The notes: generated from the letters alone by a model not told the origin. Shown: positions 49,842 through 61,769, numbered from the stretch's first letter. The stretch is 64,000 bases of DNA from an uncultured Rhodobiaceae bacterium (GCA_964389695.1 CAYMEP010000001.1:619-64618), one strand, 5' to 3'. A program made the numbers and translations.

Positions 49842-51350
49842 ATGGTTGCTAGAATAAAAACGGTTGCGTTTCAAGGTATTGAGGCTGTTAAAGTTGATGT
49901 TCAAGTAGATTTATCACCTGGTAAAGTAATGTTTACGATTGTTGGGTTGGCAGATAAAGCCGTTGCAGAGAGCCGTGAACGTGTACGTAGTGCTTTGGCT
50001 GCTGTTGGTTTAGGGTTGCCTCCTGAGCGTATTACGGTGAACCTTGCGCCAGCTGATTTACCTAAGGAAGGCAGTCATTATGATTTACCGATTGCTCTTG
50101 GTGTAATGATGGCTATGGGCGCATTAGAAAAGGAGTCTCTAGAAAATTATGTAGCAATGGGTGAATTATCTTTAGATGGAAGAATTGGTGCTGTTCCAGG
50201 TGTTTTACCTGCAGCTGTTGCTGCTATGTCATGGAATTGTGGATTGATTTGTTCAGAAGAATCTGGGGGTGAAGCGGCGTGGTCAGGACTTTGTGAGGAA
50301 GGCGCAGGAGGAGTTCTGGCGGTTAGAAATTTATTAGATATTGTTAATCATTTACGTGGCACATATTTATTATCTCAACCTGAGCCAGACCGTCATAGAC
50401 AAGAAGAATGTTTGTTAGATTTAGCCGATGTACAAGGACAAGAACAAGCACGTTTGGCGCTAGAAGTGGTGGCAGCTGGAGGGCATAACCTCTTAATGAC
50501 AGGGCCGCCAGGTGCAGGGAAATCTATGCTTGCTTCTAGATTGCCCAGTATTCTTCCTCCTATGGAAGCTCAAGAACGTTTAGAAGTTAGTATGATCAAT
50601 AGTCTTTCTAAGAGCTCTGTTGTTAAAATGGTAACCAATCGTCCTTTTCGTTCTCCTCATCACTCAGCCAGTATGGTTTCTTTAATTGGCGGTGGTCGAC
50701 AAGTGCGCCCAGGAGAAATTTCTTTAGCTCATAATGGTGTTTTATTTCTGGATGAATTACCTGAATTTTCTCGTCAAACTTTAGATTCCTTACGTCAACC
50801 TATTGAAACAGGTCGTGTTGAGATTGCCCGCGCTTCTTCTCATGTTTCCTATCCCGCAAGGTTTCAATTGATTGCAGCGATGAATCCTTGTCGTTGTGGT
50901 TATGCCAATGACCCTGAATTATCTTGTCACCGCTTGCCACATTGTATGAAGGATTATCTCTCTCGTTTGTCAGGACCATTACTTGACCGTTTTGATGTGC
51001 AGATAGAGGTTCCTCCGATTGATGTTAAAGATATGATTTCTCCCAAAACTGGAGAATCTAGTGCAGAAGTTCTCAAGCGTGTGATTGCTGCACGTCGAAA
51101 ACAATATAAACGTAACAAAGGTACTTTGAATGCATACCTTGAAGGTGAGCAACTGATCGAATACACACGCCCTGATATGGCAGGTGAAGCACTTCTAAAC
51201 CAAGCAGCCGAGCAATCGAATTTGACAGCTCGAGGGTTTAATCGTGTTCTACGTGTTTCACGTACATTGGCCGATTTAAACGGTGAGGATACTATAAGTG
51301 CCATTCATATTGCATCTGCTTTAATGTGGCGTAATGTTTCCTTAAGATAA
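49842..51350 (+). CDS. yifB: YifB/ComM-family Mg-chelatase-like AAA+ ATPase
   Basis: It has an N-terminal Lon-protease-like domain, Walker A GPPGAGKSMLA, Walker B VLFLDELPEF and a C-terminal ChlI-like domain. Confidence 0.93.
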   Translation: MVARIKTVAFQGIEAVKVDVQVDLSPGKVMFTIVGLADKAVAESRERVRSALAAVGLGLPPERITVNLAPADLPKEGSHYDLPIALGVMMAMGALEKESLENYVAMGELSLDGRIGAVPGVLPAAVAAMSWNCGLICSEESGGEAAWSGLCEEGAGGVLAVRNLLDIVNHLRGTYLLSQPEPDRHRQEECLLDLADVQGQEQARLALEVVAAGGHNLLMTGPPGAGKSMLASRLPSILPPMEAQERLEVSMINSLSKSSVVKMVTNRPFRSPHHSASMVSLIGGGRQVRPGEISLAHNGVLFLDELPEFSRQTLDSLRQPIETGRVEIARASSHVSYPARFQLIAAMNPCRCGYANDPELSCHRLPHCMKDYLSRLSGPLLDRFDVQIEVPPIDVKDMISPKTGESSAEVLKRVIAARRKQYKRNKGTLNAYLEGEQLIEYTRPDMAGEALLNQAAEQSNLTARGFNRVLRVSRTLADLNGEDTISAIHIASALMWRNVSLR

Positions 51351-51354
51351 ATTA

Positions 51355-53619
51355 TTAAGAAAAATCACATGCGGCAATTGCTGCCATATTGAGTAGAATA
51401 TTAGAGGTGCAGCCAATAGGTACAATTTGTACTGATTTTGAAAGCCCAACAAGCATAGGGCCTACGACAGTTGCCCCGCCTAATTCTTCTAGCATCTTTG
51501 TACAAATGGAGGCAGAGTGAATTGCTGGCATGACTAATACATTTGCATTTTCTTTTAAATTTGTAAAAGGATAACGTTGCCGTGCCTCTGCATTTAGAGC
51601 TACCTCTGCAGACATTTCGCCATCAAATTCAAAATCTACATTACGTTTTTTCAATATATCTAATGCTTCTCGTACATAAATACTTCTATCGCTTGTAGGG
51701 TGACCAAAGGTAGAATGTGCTAACAGGGCAACCCGTGGCTCAAAACCTAAGATACGAGCTGTTGTTGCTGCTTCTTCTGTAATATCGGCAAGTTCTTCTC
51801 CATTTGGCATATCATGTACATTAGTGTCAGCAATGAACACAGTGCGACCATTGGCGATAACCATGCTAACACCAATCATTCTTTTATTAGGCATTGGGTC
51901 AATAACTTTTGAAATTTCATTCAGGACAATAGAATAATTACGGGTTATACCTGTGACCATAGCATCGGCATCACCAAGAGCAAGCATACAACTGCCGAAT
52001 ATATTACGATCATTTTTGACCATGCGTAAAACATCTCTATGTAGATATCCTTTTCTTTGTAGGCGTTGATAAAGATAATCTGTATAGGTGTCTATCCTGT
52101 CTGAATTTTGTGTATTTTTGATGATGAGGTCATCTCTGTTGCCGAGACCAAAATTCTCCATATTCTTTTTAACGGTTTCTGTTCTACCAATTAATATCGC
52201 TTGTCCGAGACCGGAATCTGTATATTGGCAAGCGGCACGAATGACTTGTTCTTGTTCTCCTTCGGCAAATATCATGCGTTTTGGTTTTGTTTGCACTTTG
52301 CTATAAATATTTTGTAAAGAACCTGCTACTGGATCAAGTCTTGCAGAAAGTTCACGACGATATGCATTCATATCTAGAATAGGTTTGCGTGCAACACCGG
52401 TTTCCATAGCGGCCTTTGCAACAGCATGGGGTATTTCACATATGAGACGAGGGTCAAAGGGTGCGGGAATAATATATTCAGGGCCGAATCGTAGAATTTT
52501 TCCACCATAGGCTCTTCTGACTTCATCGGGGACATCTTCACGGGCAAGTTGCGCTAATGCGTGAGCGCAAGCAATTTTCATTTCTTCATTTATGGTTGTA
52601 GCATGTACATCTAATGCGCCACGAAAAATATAAGGAAATCCAAGAAGATTATTTACCTGATTTGGGTAATCAGAGCGTCCTGTTGCGATGATTGCATCTT
52701 TGCGTATGGCATGGGCTTCGGGGGGAGAAATTTCTGGGTCTGGATTTGCCATAGCAAAAATTATGGGATTCTTTGCCATATTCTTTACCATTGTAGTTGT
52801 AAGGGCTCCTTTGACGGATAGACCGAGAAATACATCTGCATTATCCATAGCATCTTCTAAACTACGGGCGTCTGTTTCGATAGCATGAGTTGATTTCCAT
52901 TGATTCATGCCTTCTTGCCGACCTTTGTAAATTACGCCTTTTGTGTCACATAGTAATGCATTCTGAGAAGGAAGACCGATGGCTTTAATGAGATCAAGGC
53001 AGGCAATCCCTGCGGATCCGGCGCCATTAACGACAACTTTTGTTTTTTTGATATCACGGTTTGTTAGGTGAAGAGCATTGATGAATGCTGCAGCAGTAAT
53101 GATAGCTGTTCCATGTTGATCGTCATGAAAAATAGGTATGTCCATAACTTCCCGTAATTTTTGTTCAATAATGAAACAATCGGGGGCTTTAATGTCTTCG
53201 AGATTGATACCTCCAAAAGAAGGGCCTAGGTATTTTACAACATTAATAAATTCTTCGGCATCTTCGGTGTCGACTTCTAAGTCTATGGAGTCAACATCAG
53301 CAAAACGCTTGAATAATACAGCTTTTCCTTCCATGACAGGTTTAGATGCTAAAGCACCTAAATTTCCTAATCCTAGAATGGCGGTTCCGTTAGAAATAAC
53401 TGCAACGAGATTACCACGAGTAGTGTATTCATAAGATGTAGAAGGATTATCGGCAATAGCCTTGACAGGTGCGGCAACTCCAGGAGAATAAGCAAGTGAC
53501 AAGTCACGCTGAGTGGTTAATGGTTTTGTTGCATTTATTTCTAGTTTCCCGGCTTTTCCATTTTTATGGAAGAGTAAAGCGTCTCTATCAGAAATGGTTT
53601 CTTTCACTTTTTTATTCAT
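51355..53619 (-). CDS. maeB: NADP-dependent malic enzyme with C-terminal phosphotransacetylase-like domain (MaeB type)
   Basis: The N-terminal malic-enzyme domain has LSLAYSPGVA and the NAD(P) fold VVNGAGSAGIA. The C-terminal half is PTA-like, for 754 aa in total. Confidence 0.95.
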   Translation of the reverse strand: MNKKVKETISDRDALLFHKNGKAGKLEINATKPLTTQRDLSLAYSPGVAAPVKAIADNPSTSYEYTTRGNLVAVISNGTAILGLGNLGALASKPVMEGKAVLFKRFADVDSIDLEVDTEDAEEFINVVKYLGPSFGGINLEDIKAPDCFIIEQKLREVMDIPIFHDDQHGTAIITAAAFINALHLTNRDIKKTKVVVNGAGSAGIACLDLIKAIGLPSQNALLCDTKGVIYKGRQEGMNQWKSTHAIETDARSLEDAMDNADVFLGLSVKGALTTTMVKNMAKNPIIFAMANPDPEISPPEAHAIRKDAIIATGRSDYPNQVNNLLGFPYIFRGALDVHATTINEEMKIACAHALAQLAREDVPDEVRRAYGGKILRFGPEYIIPAPFDPRLICEIPHAVAKAAMETGVARKPILDMNAYRRELSARLDPVAGSLQNIYSKVQTKPKRMIFAEGEQEQVIRAACQYTDSGLGQAILIGRTETVKKNMENFGLGNRDDLIIKNTQNSDRIDTYTDYLYQRLQRKGYLHRDVLRMVKNDRNIFGSCMLALGDADAMVTGITRNYSIVLNEISKVIDPMPNKRMIGVSMVIANGRTVFIADTNVHDMPNGEELADITEEAATTARILGFEPRVALLAHSTFGHPTSDRSIYVREALDILKKRNVDFEFDGEMSAEVALNAEARQRYPFTNLKENANVLVMPAIHSASICTKMLEELGGATVVGPMLVGLSKSVQIVPIGCTSNILLNMAAIAACDFS

Positions 53620-53698
53620 AGTCTTACCTTTTATAATTTCTTCATGTTACGGTGATTATCTATGTAACACAAGAAATTAGAACTTTTATGGTGAATAT

Positions 53699-56401
53699 AT
53701 GAATAAAACGGTTCAAAACTCTGAAATAACACCGATGATGGTGCAGTATCTTAGCTTAAAAGCAGAGCATGAGGGGTTTCTTTTATTTTATCGTATGGGT
53801 GATTTTTATGAATTGTTTTTTGAAGATGCCTTACAAGCAGCCCCTGCCCTAGATATTAATTTAACCCATAGAGGAAAACATAAGGGTAATCCAATTCCAA
53901 TGTGTGGTGTTCCATTTCATGCTTCTGAGGTCTACTTACATCGATTGATTCGAAAAGGGTTTAAAGTTGCAATATGTGAGCAAATGGAAACTCCTCTTGA
54001 GGCAAAAAAACGAGGAACAAAGTCAGTTGTAAAACGTGATGTTGTAAGACTTGTTACTGCTGGAACTTTAACAGAGGAGAGTCTTCTAGAGACTACGTCT
54101 CATAATTATTTAGTAGCTATTGGCATGACGAAAGATAATGAAACAGATCCGATATCTTTGGCGTGGTTAGATATATCAACGGGTGATTTTAATATCATGT
54201 CGGTGAATATAGAAAATATGCTTGGCATTTTGTCAGGATTGATGCCCCGTGAGATTTTATTGCCGATTAGCTTAGAAACACAATATGCATGTACTATATC
54301 TGATATATTGCTGAATGTATCTTTAGTCGTTTTAGAAAAGGGACAAAGTAGTCCTTCTTTTGGTGAGCAAGTTTTAAGGCGTGTATTTGGAGTGTCGACT
54401 TTGGATAGTTTTGGGCAGTGGTCATATTCTATGTTGAGTGCGGCAGGTGCATTGGTTGGTTATGTAGAGTTGACACAAATTGACCGAATACCTTTATTAA
54501 AAAGACCAAGAATTATCGATAAAAAGAATTATATGTCGATAGATCCTTCTACAAGGGCAAATTTAGAATTGTCACGAAATATGACGGGTGAGAAAAAAGG
54601 CAGTTTATTGCATACGATTGATAAAACGGTAACAGGTGCGGGGGCGAGATTATTATCGGATAGGTTGAGTGCGCCTCTTGTTGAATTAGAAGATATTGCT
54701 CAACGTCATGATAGTGTAGAATACTTTATAAATTTTTCGCCTTTACGAAATGATATTCGTCAATATTTGCGTCATTTACCTGATATGTCTCGTGCTTTTA
54801 TGCGTTTGTCTGTTGAACGAGGAGGACCGCGTGATTTGGCGGTTCTTCGTGATGGTTTAAAGGCAGGTTTTGAGATTTCTGCTTTAAATACCTCTTCTTT
54901 AGAGAATGTGCCTCGTGAGATTCTAATTTGTTTTGATCAATTGAGTCAGAAAAATACTTTATTAAAAGGTATTTATGATACTCTGAGCCAAGCATTGTTG
55001 ATAGAATTACCTCTATTGGCACGAGATGGAGGGTTTATTGCACCATCTTATGACGTGACATTAGATGAAGTAAGGGTTATGCGAGATGAGTCTCGCCGTA
55101 TTGTTGCGTCCTTACAGCGTGAATATTGTGAGAAAACTAATATTAAAGCATTGAAAATTAAACATAATTCCGTATTAGGGTATCATGTTGATGTTCCAAG
55201 GAACTATGGTGATCAATTGATGTTACCAGAGTTCCGAGAGGATTTTATTCATCGTCAAACCTTAGCGAGTTCTGTGCGGTTTTCTACACAAAGACTCTCA
55301 GATTTGGCAGGAGATATTTCTCGTTCTGCAGAACGAGCGTTAGGAATTGAATTAGAAATTTATGGCGCATTACAAATACAGATACTCAATGCACATAAAC
55401 AGATTGTTGATGCTGCGGATGCTTTGGCAGTTTTAGATGTAAATACAGCTTTGGCAGAATTGGCAAGTACACAAAAATGGACTCGTCCTGATATGTATGA
55501 TGATCGAAGGTTTTTTATTGAATCTGGTCGTCATGCCGTGGTTGAAAAAATGTTGAGAGAGCAAAAGGATAGTGTATTTATTGCTAATGATTGCAAATTA
55601 AACTTTGTACAGGACCAACAAGACTCTTGTCATTTACTCTTGCTTACAGGACCAAATATGGCAGGGAAATCAACTTATTTAAGGCAGAATGCATTGATTG
55701 CTATTTTGGCACAGATGGGTAGTTTTGTTCCTGCGGTGAAAGCAGAAATTGGAATTATTGATCAGATATTTAGTCGTGTCGGAGCAGCGGATGATCTTGC
55801 CCGTGGGCAATCAACCTTTATGGTTGAGATGATTGAAACGGCAGCAATTTTGAATCAATCGACACCATCAAGCCTTGTGATTTTAGATGAAATTGGACGT
55901 GGAACGGCAACTTTTGATGGCTTGTCTATTGCTTGGGCGGTGGTTGAATATTTACATCAAGTCAATAAATGTAGAGCTCTATTTGCGACCCATTATCATG
56001 AATTAACGATTTTATCGGAACAGCTTGAAGGCTTATCTAATATTACGATGAAGGTACGTGAGCATAATGAAGATGTGGTATTTCTACATGAGGTTGAAGA
56101 AGGCGTTGCGAGCAGATCTTATGGTATATATGTTGCAAAATTAGCGGGCATGCCAAAAGCGGTCTTAGAGCGTTCACAAACTTTATTGCAAAGATTAGAA
56201 ACAAACCAGTATTCAAATACTTTATTTGAACAAAATGAAATAGATAATTTGCCACTTTCTTCTGGGTCTGTATGTGAAGAGTCTTCAAAGAGTGTAGAGC
56301 CAGATGAATTACGTGAGTATTTATCGAATGTTTCTCCTGATGAATTAACCCCACAGGAAGCTTTAGGTGTACTGTATGCGTTAAAAAAAATAGATTGTTA
56401 G
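53699..56401 (+). CDS. mutS: DNA mismatch repair protein MutS
   Basis: It has TPMMVQYL, GDFYELFFEDA, Walker A GPNMAGKSTYLRQ and DEIGRGTATFDGLSIA. Confidence 0.98.
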   Translation: MNKTVQNSEITPMMVQYLSLKAEHEGFLLFYRMGDFYELFFEDALQAAPALDINLTHRGKHKGNPIPMCGVPFHASEVYLHRLIRKGFKVAICEQMETPLEAKKRGTKSVVKRDVVRLVTAGTLTEESLLETTSHNYLVAIGMTKDNETDPISLAWLDISTGDFNIMSVNIENMLGILSGLMPREILLPISLETQYACTISDILLNVSLVVLEKGQSSPSFGEQVLRRVFGVSTLDSFGQWSYSMLSAAGALVGYVELTQIDRIPLLKRPRIIDKKNYMSIDPSTRANLELSRNMTGEKKGSLLHTIDKTVTGAGARLLSDRLSAPLVELEDIAQRHDSVEYFINFSPLRNDIRQYLRHLPDMSRAFMRLSVERGGPRDLAVLRDGLKAGFEISALNTSSLENVPREILICFDQLSQKNTLLKGIYDTLSQALLIELPLLARDGGFIAPSYDVTLDEVRVMRDESRRIVASLQREYCEKTNIKALKIKHNSVLGYHVDVPRNYGDQLMLPEFREDFIHRQTLASSVRFSTQRLSDLAGDISRSAERALGIELEIYGALQIQILNAHKQIVDAADALAVLDVNTALAELASTQKWTRPDMYDDRRFFIESGRHAVVEKMLREQKDSVFIANDCKLNFVQDQQDSCHLLLLTGPNMAGKSTYLRQNALIAILAQMGSFVPAVKAEIGIIDQIFSRVGAADDLARGQSTFMVEMIETAAILNQSTPSSLVILDEIGRGTATFDGLSIAWAVVEYLHQVNKCRALFATHYHELTILSEQLEGLSNITMKVREHNEDVVFLHEVEEGVASRSYGIYVAKLAGMPKAVLERSQTLLQRLETNQYSNTLFEQNEIDNLPLSSGSVCEESSKSVEPDELREYLSNVSPDELTPQEALGVLYALKKIDC

Positions 56402-56408
56402 GAATAGA

Positions 56409-59156
56409 ATGCGGCAAAAACGTGGAAAACTAATTAACTTATATTTATTTCATTCTGGGTTACAGAATATTCTAGATATGTACAAAGACGATGAATGCAT
56501 ATTGCGCCAAGAGTTGAGGATTCATTTTAAGAATGTGTTCAGTGAAGGACAAAGCAATGCACGCAAAGGCTTATTAGATAAAAAATATATAGGGGGTGTT
56601 TGTGCTGAATTATTGAGTGGTTTAATGGATGAATTGATTCAAGGTTTGGCAGAGTTCTTTAAGAACTATTTGGGTGATTATGATGAATATCCTGTCGCTC
56701 TGGTTGCTGTTGGGGGATATGGTCGAGGGCGGCTTGCGCCTTATTCTGATATAGATTTGCTTTTTTTATTACCTGAAGAGAAAGACCTGAGATTGAATCG
56801 CTTTATTGAACAATGTCTTTATATATTGTGGGATATTGGATTAAAGATTGGATATTCTACGCGTACTATTCGTGAGTGTATTGAGATCGCAAAAAGTGAT
56901 TTGATTAGTTGTACGACTATGATGGAGTCACGGTTCTTGTGGGGAGATGATGTTTTATATGAAAATTATAAAAAGAGATTATTTGAGAATGTTCTGAGTA
57001 AAGATAGTAAGAAGTTTATTGAAAAAAAATTGAAAGAACGTGATGAGCGTCATCGTGAACAAGGTGAGAGTCGTTATTTGGTCGAACCAAATATAAAAGA
57101 AGGTAAAGGAGGCTTGAGGGATTTAAATACCTTATTTTGGATTGCCAAATATCATTATCAAATTGAGAGTTTGGATGATTTGGTAGAGAATGGGTTTTTG
57201 ACTAAACAGGAGCTACGCTATTTTCGTAAATGTGAGAATTTTTTATGGTTTGTACGTTGTCATTTACATTTTTCTGCAGGGCGCGCGGCAGAACATTTGA
57301 GTTTTGATTGGCAAATGAGTATTGTCAACACTATGCAAATTCGTGCCACGATTGGGTTGAATCCTGTTGAACGATTTATGCGACGATACTTCTTAATGAT
57401 TAAAGATGTGGGAAATTTAACACGTATATTTTGTGCGAAGTTAGAAGAACAAAATGCGAAGAGTCATAGTTTATTTAAATTGCCAGATTTATTTCGTAAT
57501 GAAAAGCAAATTTATGGCTTTAGAATATTTGGGCAACGTTTAGCAATGGTAAAGTCCGATGTATTTGAAAAAGACCCTGTTAATTTAATCCGTATGTTCC
57601 AGATTGCTAATCAGTATAATTTGTTGATTCATCCTGATACATTAAGGGCTGTAACTTATGCTTTGCCTTTGATTGACTCTAAGTTACGACAAAATGAAGA
57701 TGCTAATCGTATTTTCTTAGAAATTCTTACTGCACATGGGCACCCAGAACGTATCTTAAGGCGTATGAACGAATCTGGTGTCTTAGGTAAGTTTTTGCCT
57801 GACTTTGGAAGGATTGTTGCTCTGATGCAGTTTAATATGTATCATCATTATACAGCAGATGAGCATTTATTGCGTGCGATTGGTATTTTAGCAGAAATAG
57901 ACTATGGCTCTTTACAAGAAAATTATACTTTAGCACATGAGATTTTGAATAAGAAATTGAATCGCAATGTGATTTATCTTTCTGTTTTATTACATGATAT
58001 TGCGAAGGGTAGACCAGAAGATCATTCTATTGCGGGGGCACGTATTGCACATAAATGGGGAAAACGATTTGGATTAACAGAGGCAGAAACGGATTTAACG
58101 GCATGGTTGGTAGAGTTTCACCTTGTGATGAGTGATACAGCGCAAAAACGTGATTTATCAGATCGTCGTGTGATTATTGATTTTGTCGATACTGTGCAGA
58201 CTCTGGAGCGTTTGCGACATTTATTTGTGTTAACGGTTGTTGATATCTCGGCTGTAGGCGTGGGTGTGTGGAATAGTTGGAAAGCACAGCTTCTGCAAGA
58301 ACTATATATTGAATCTGAAGCTATGTTGGTGGGTTCTGCAAGTCATATTAATCGTTTTAGCAGGGTACAAGCTGCAAAGGATAAATTCTTACAATACCAT
58401 AAAGAGGTTTGTACGGAGTGGCCGCAAGAAAGAAGAGATGCATATATTCAGAGTCATTATGATGCTTATTGGTTGAGTACAGATTTGAAGGAACAGTATT
58501 ATCACTCTGTTTTGTTAGAAGAAGCAGAGAAACAGTCTGTTGTGATAGAGGCTGTATTTGAAAATGATAAAGAAGTGGTAGATATTTATTTTGTGTGTCC
58601 GGATCATTCTGGATTGTTTTCAAATTTAGCGGGGGCATGTGCCATGTCTTCTTTGCATATAGTTGATGCACGTATTATGACAACGAGAAATGGTATGGCA
58701 TTGGATATTTTACGTGTTCAAGATTTAAACTTAAGTTATAAATTAGATGAAGCACGTTTAGATCGGCTGAGATCTAATGTAGAGAAAGTGCTATCTGGTG
58801 AATGTTTACCGTCTGAACGTATTGCTGAATTGTATCATAGAAAGAGACGTAATGTATTTAAAAAGAAGAGTGTGATTTCTGTGGATAATGACATTTCTTC
58901 TCATTCTACGGTTATTGAAGTTGATACTTTAGATCGTGCGGGATTGTTATATGCTTTGACCCGTACGTTATTTCATTTGAATATTAAAATTATTGCTGCA
59001 CGTGTCACTAGTTTTGGTGAGCGTGCCGTGGATGTTTTTTATGTACAAGATTTGACGGGCGCAAAAATTATCTTGCAAGATAGGTTAGATAATATAACAC
59101 ATAGCCTCTATAAAACACTAGGAACATCAGAGGATTTTCTAGAGGCTATGTGTTAA
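56409..59156 (+). CDS. glnD: [Protein-PII] uridylyltransferase / uridylyl-removing enzyme
   Basis: It has a nucleotidyltransferase domain (GGYGRGRLAPYSDIDLL), an HD domain (LLHDIAKG) and two C-terminal ACT domains. Confidence 0.95.
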   Translation: MRQKRGKLINLYLFHSGLQNILDMYKDDECILRQELRIHFKNVFSEGQSNARKGLLDKKYIGGVCAELLSGLMDELIQGLAEFFKNYLGDYDEYPVALVAVGGYGRGRLAPYSDIDLLFLLPEEKDLRLNRFIEQCLYILWDIGLKIGYSTRTIRECIEIAKSDLISCTTMMESRFLWGDDVLYENYKKRLFENVLSKDSKKFIEKKLKERDERHREQGESRYLVEPNIKEGKGGLRDLNTLFWIAKYHYQIESLDDLVENGFLTKQELRYFRKCENFLWFVRCHLHFSAGRAAEHLSFDWQMSIVNTMQIRATIGLNPVERFMRRYFLMIKDVGNLTRIFCAKLEEQNAKSHSLFKLPDLFRNEKQIYGFRIFGQRLAMVKSDVFEKDPVNLIRMFQIANQYNLLIHPDTLRAVTYALPLIDSKLRQNEDANRIFLEILTAHGHPERILRRMNESGVLGKFLPDFGRIVALMQFNMYHHYTADEHLLRAIGILAEIDYGSLQENYTLAHEILNKKLNRNVIYLSVLLHDIAKGRPEDHSIAGARIAHKWGKRFGLTEAETDLTAWLVEFHLVMSDTAQKRDLSDRRVIIDFVDTVQTLERLRHLFVLTVVDISAVGVGVWNSWKAQLLQELYIESEAMLVGSASHINRFSRVQAAKDKFLQYHKEVCTEWPQERRDAYIQSHYDAYWLSTDLKEQYYHSVLLEEAEKQSVVIEAVFENDKEVVDIYFVCPDHSGLFSNLAGACAMSSLHIVDARIMTTRNGMALDILRVQDLNLSYKLDEARLDRLRSNVEKVLSGECLPSERIAELYHRKRRNVFKKKSVISVDNDISSHSTVIEVDTLDRAGLLYALTRTLFHLNIKIIAARVTSFGERAVDVFYVQDLTGAKIILQDRLDNITHSLYKTLGTSEDFLEAMC

Positions 59157-59168
59157 GAAAGAGTATGT

Positions 59169-60701
59169 ATGAGACAGAGATTATCTATTCTTAGATCCTC
59201 TTTTGTTGTTGCTTTGGCAACAATTATGAGTCGTATTTTAGGGTTTGTGCGTGATATAGCTATTGCTAACTTTTTGGGTGCCGGCGTGGTTATGGATATT
59301 TTTGTTGTGGCGTTTCGTTTGCCTAACTTATTTCGTAGGTTTTTTGCAGAAGGGGCGTTCCAATCTGCATTCTTGCCCATTTTTTCTGGAATATTAGAAA
59401 AAGATAATAAAGAGGCGGCACGTGATTTCGCAGAACAAGTTCTGAGTGTTTTATTATGTATTATTATTGGTTTAACTATTTTGGTCGAGATATTTATGCC
59501 GCAGGTGATTTCTATTTTGGCGCATGGTTTTGTAAAAGATGAAGAAAAATTCTTACTGACTGTACTGGCGGCAAGATTTATGTTTCCTTATCTTTTATTT
59601 GTGTCATTGATGTCGTTATATGCGGGTATTCTTAATACACAAGGCCGTTTCTTTCTTGCGGCTTTTGTGCCCGCATTACTTAATATTATTCTGATTGTAT
59701 TTTTGCTGATTGCAGTGATACAAGAACACGCTATTTTACCTTATTTAATTTCAGGAGTTTTAATTTCAGGAGTTTTCCAATTTTTGTTTTTGTATTCCTC
59801 GGCAAGACGAATTGGTTTTGGGTTGAAGTTACGTTTGCCCTCTATGAATAAAAAATTGTCTCGATTATTTAAAATTGCATTGCCCGCTATATTTGCAGCA
59901 GGAGTTGCACAAATAAATTTATTAATCGGTACAAATATTGCGTCTGCACAGGAAGGTGCAAATTCTTGGCTTTATTATGCAGACCGTTTATATCAACTTC
60001 CTTTAGGGGTTGTGGGGATTGGTTTGTCAGTTGCTTTATTACCTTCTTTATCTAAATATTTGCATATGAATGATTTCCAAGTGGCAAAGAAGATTCAAAG
60101 TCAAGCGGTTGAATTAGCCATTTTATTGACTATACCTACTATGGTTGGTTTTCTAATTCTTGCAGACCCTCTTATTTCTGTTTTATTTGAGCGTGGTTCT
60201 TTTGGGGCAGAAGATACGGCAAATGTTGCGCTTGCTTTGAGAGCTTTTTCACCAGGCATTGTGGCATTTGTATTAATAAAAGTATTACAATCAGGGTTCT
60301 TTGCTCGTGGCGACACACAAAGACCGTTTGTTTACAGTGTTTATGGTGTTGTAATAAATATTATTGTGAGTGTTATGCTTTTTCCTTATTTAGGTCATGT
60401 TGCAATTGCGATTGCGACAACTTTGGCGGGGTGGGTAACGTTACTATTTATGGGTGTATATTCGATACGTATGAAATGGGTGTTTGATAAGAAGCTAATT
60501 CGGAGCAGTGTTTATATTGTCTTGGCCTCTTGTGTTATGGGAATGTTTCTTCTTTGGTTGCCTTCTTCTTTGCCTCAGGAGGAGGTGTTCTTACCATTTT
60601 GGTTGGGAGGGCGTATAATATGTGCGGTTCTCATATTCTTTATCACCTTGTTTTTATCAGGTGGTATGAAATGGCAAGATGTGGCAAAATGGTTTCGATG
60701 A
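59169..60701 (+). CDS. murJ: Lipid II flippase MurJ (MviN)
   Basis: It carries SRILGFVRDIAIANFLGAG and FFAEGAFQSAFLP and is a polytopic membrane protein. It sits in the conserved glnD-murJ-trpS order. Confidence 0.93.
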   Translation: MRQRLSILRSSFVVALATIMSRILGFVRDIAIANFLGAGVVMDIFVVAFRLPNLFRRFFAEGAFQSAFLPIFSGILEKDNKEAARDFAEQVLSVLLCIIIGLTILVEIFMPQVISILAHGFVKDEEKFLLTVLAARFMFPYLLFVSLMSLYAGILNTQGRFFLAAFVPALLNIILIVFLLIAVIQEHAILPYLISGVLISGVFQFLFLYSSARRIGFGLKLRLPSMNKKLSRLFKIALPAIFAAGVAQINLLIGTNIASAQEGANSWLYYADRLYQLPLGVVGIGLSVALLPSLSKYLHMNDFQVAKKIQSQAVELAILLTIPTMVGFLILADPLISVLFERGSFGAEDTANVALALRAFSPGIVAFVLIKVLQSGFFARGDTQRPFVYSVYGVVINIIVSVMLFPYLGHVAIAIATTLAGWVTLLFMGVYSIRMKWVFDKKLIRSSVYIVLASCVMGMFLLWLPSSLPQEEVFLPFWLGGRIICAVLIFFITLFLSGGMKWQDVAKWFR

Positions 60702-60743
60702 CCTAATATAGAGAAACATAAATGATGGATACGAGTATAGATT

Positions 60744-61769
60744 ATGACTGAAATGATAAAACGCGTGTTTTCTGCTGTACAGCCTACTGGGAATTTACAT
60801 TTAGGTAATTATTTGGGTGCGATTCAAAACTTTGTATCACTACAAAATCATTATGAGTGTCTTTATTGCATTGCCGATTTACATGCGATTACTGTGCCAC
60901 AAAACCCTGTAGAGTTAAAAGAGAATACTTATGAAGTTACCGCTGCATTTCTAGCGGCAGGTGTAGATGCTAAACAGCATATCGTATTTAATCAATCACG
61001 TGTTGGGGCTCATGCAGAATTAGCATGGATATTAAATTGTGTGGCACGGGTTGGGTGGTTGAATAGAATGACTCAATTTAAAGAAAAGGCTGGAAAGCAT
61101 CGTGAGAATGCATCTGTTGGTCTTTATATATATCCGAATTTGATGGCGGCGGATATTTTAGCTTATTGTGCGACTCATGTGCCTGTTGGTGATGATCAAA
61201 AACAACATTTAGAATTGGTGCGTGATATTGCAAAAAAATTTAATCATGATTTTTGTGGAACAGAAGAAGATAAAAAGGGATTCTTTCCTTTACCAGAACC
61301 TCTAATTACAGGTATGGCAACACGAGTGATGTCTTTACGTGATGGTAAAAATAAAATGTCAAAATCTGATATGTCCAATATGTCTCGTATTACTATGACC
61401 GACGGTAAAGATGAAATTGTAAAAAAGATTAAAAAAGCAAAAACAGATTCTTTTCCTATACCTACAAGCAAGAAAGAATTAGTTGGGCGTCCTGAAGCAG
61501 AGAATTTATTGAATATTTTTTCTGCGCTTTCTGATTGTGATATCGAGACTGTGTTTGTAGAATATGGAGGACGACAATTTTCAGAGTTCAAATCTATATT
61601 GAGTGATCTAATGGTTGAAAAAATTGCACCAATAGGTGACGAGATGAAAAAGCTATTAAATGATGTCGATTATTTGGATATGGTTTTAAAGCGTGGGGCA
61701 GAGAAAGCTGATGCTTTAGCGCAACCGATTTTAAAGGAAGTAAAAGAACGTATCGGATTCGCGGTTTGA
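60744..61769 (+). CDS. trpS: Tryptophan--tRNA ligase
   Basis: It has the HIGH-like motif ([10 protein letters not shown]) and KMSKS (NKMSKSD). Confidence 0.97.
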   Translation: MTEMIKRVFSAVQPTGNLHLGNYLGAIQNFVSLQNHYECLYCIADLHAITVPQNPVELKENTYEVTAAFLAAGVDAKQHIVFNQSRVGAHAELAWILNCVARVGWLNRMTQFKEKAGKHRENASVGLYIYPNLMAADILAYCATHVPVGDDQKQHLELVRDIAKKFNHDFCGTEEDKKGFFPLPEPLITGMATRVMSLRDGKNKMSKSDMSNMSRITMTDGKDEIVKKIKKAKTDSFPIPTSKKELVGRPEAENLLNIFSALSDCDIETVFVEYGGRQFSEFKSILSDLMVEKIAPIGDEMKKLLNDVDYLDMVLKRGAEKADALAQPILKEVKERIGFAV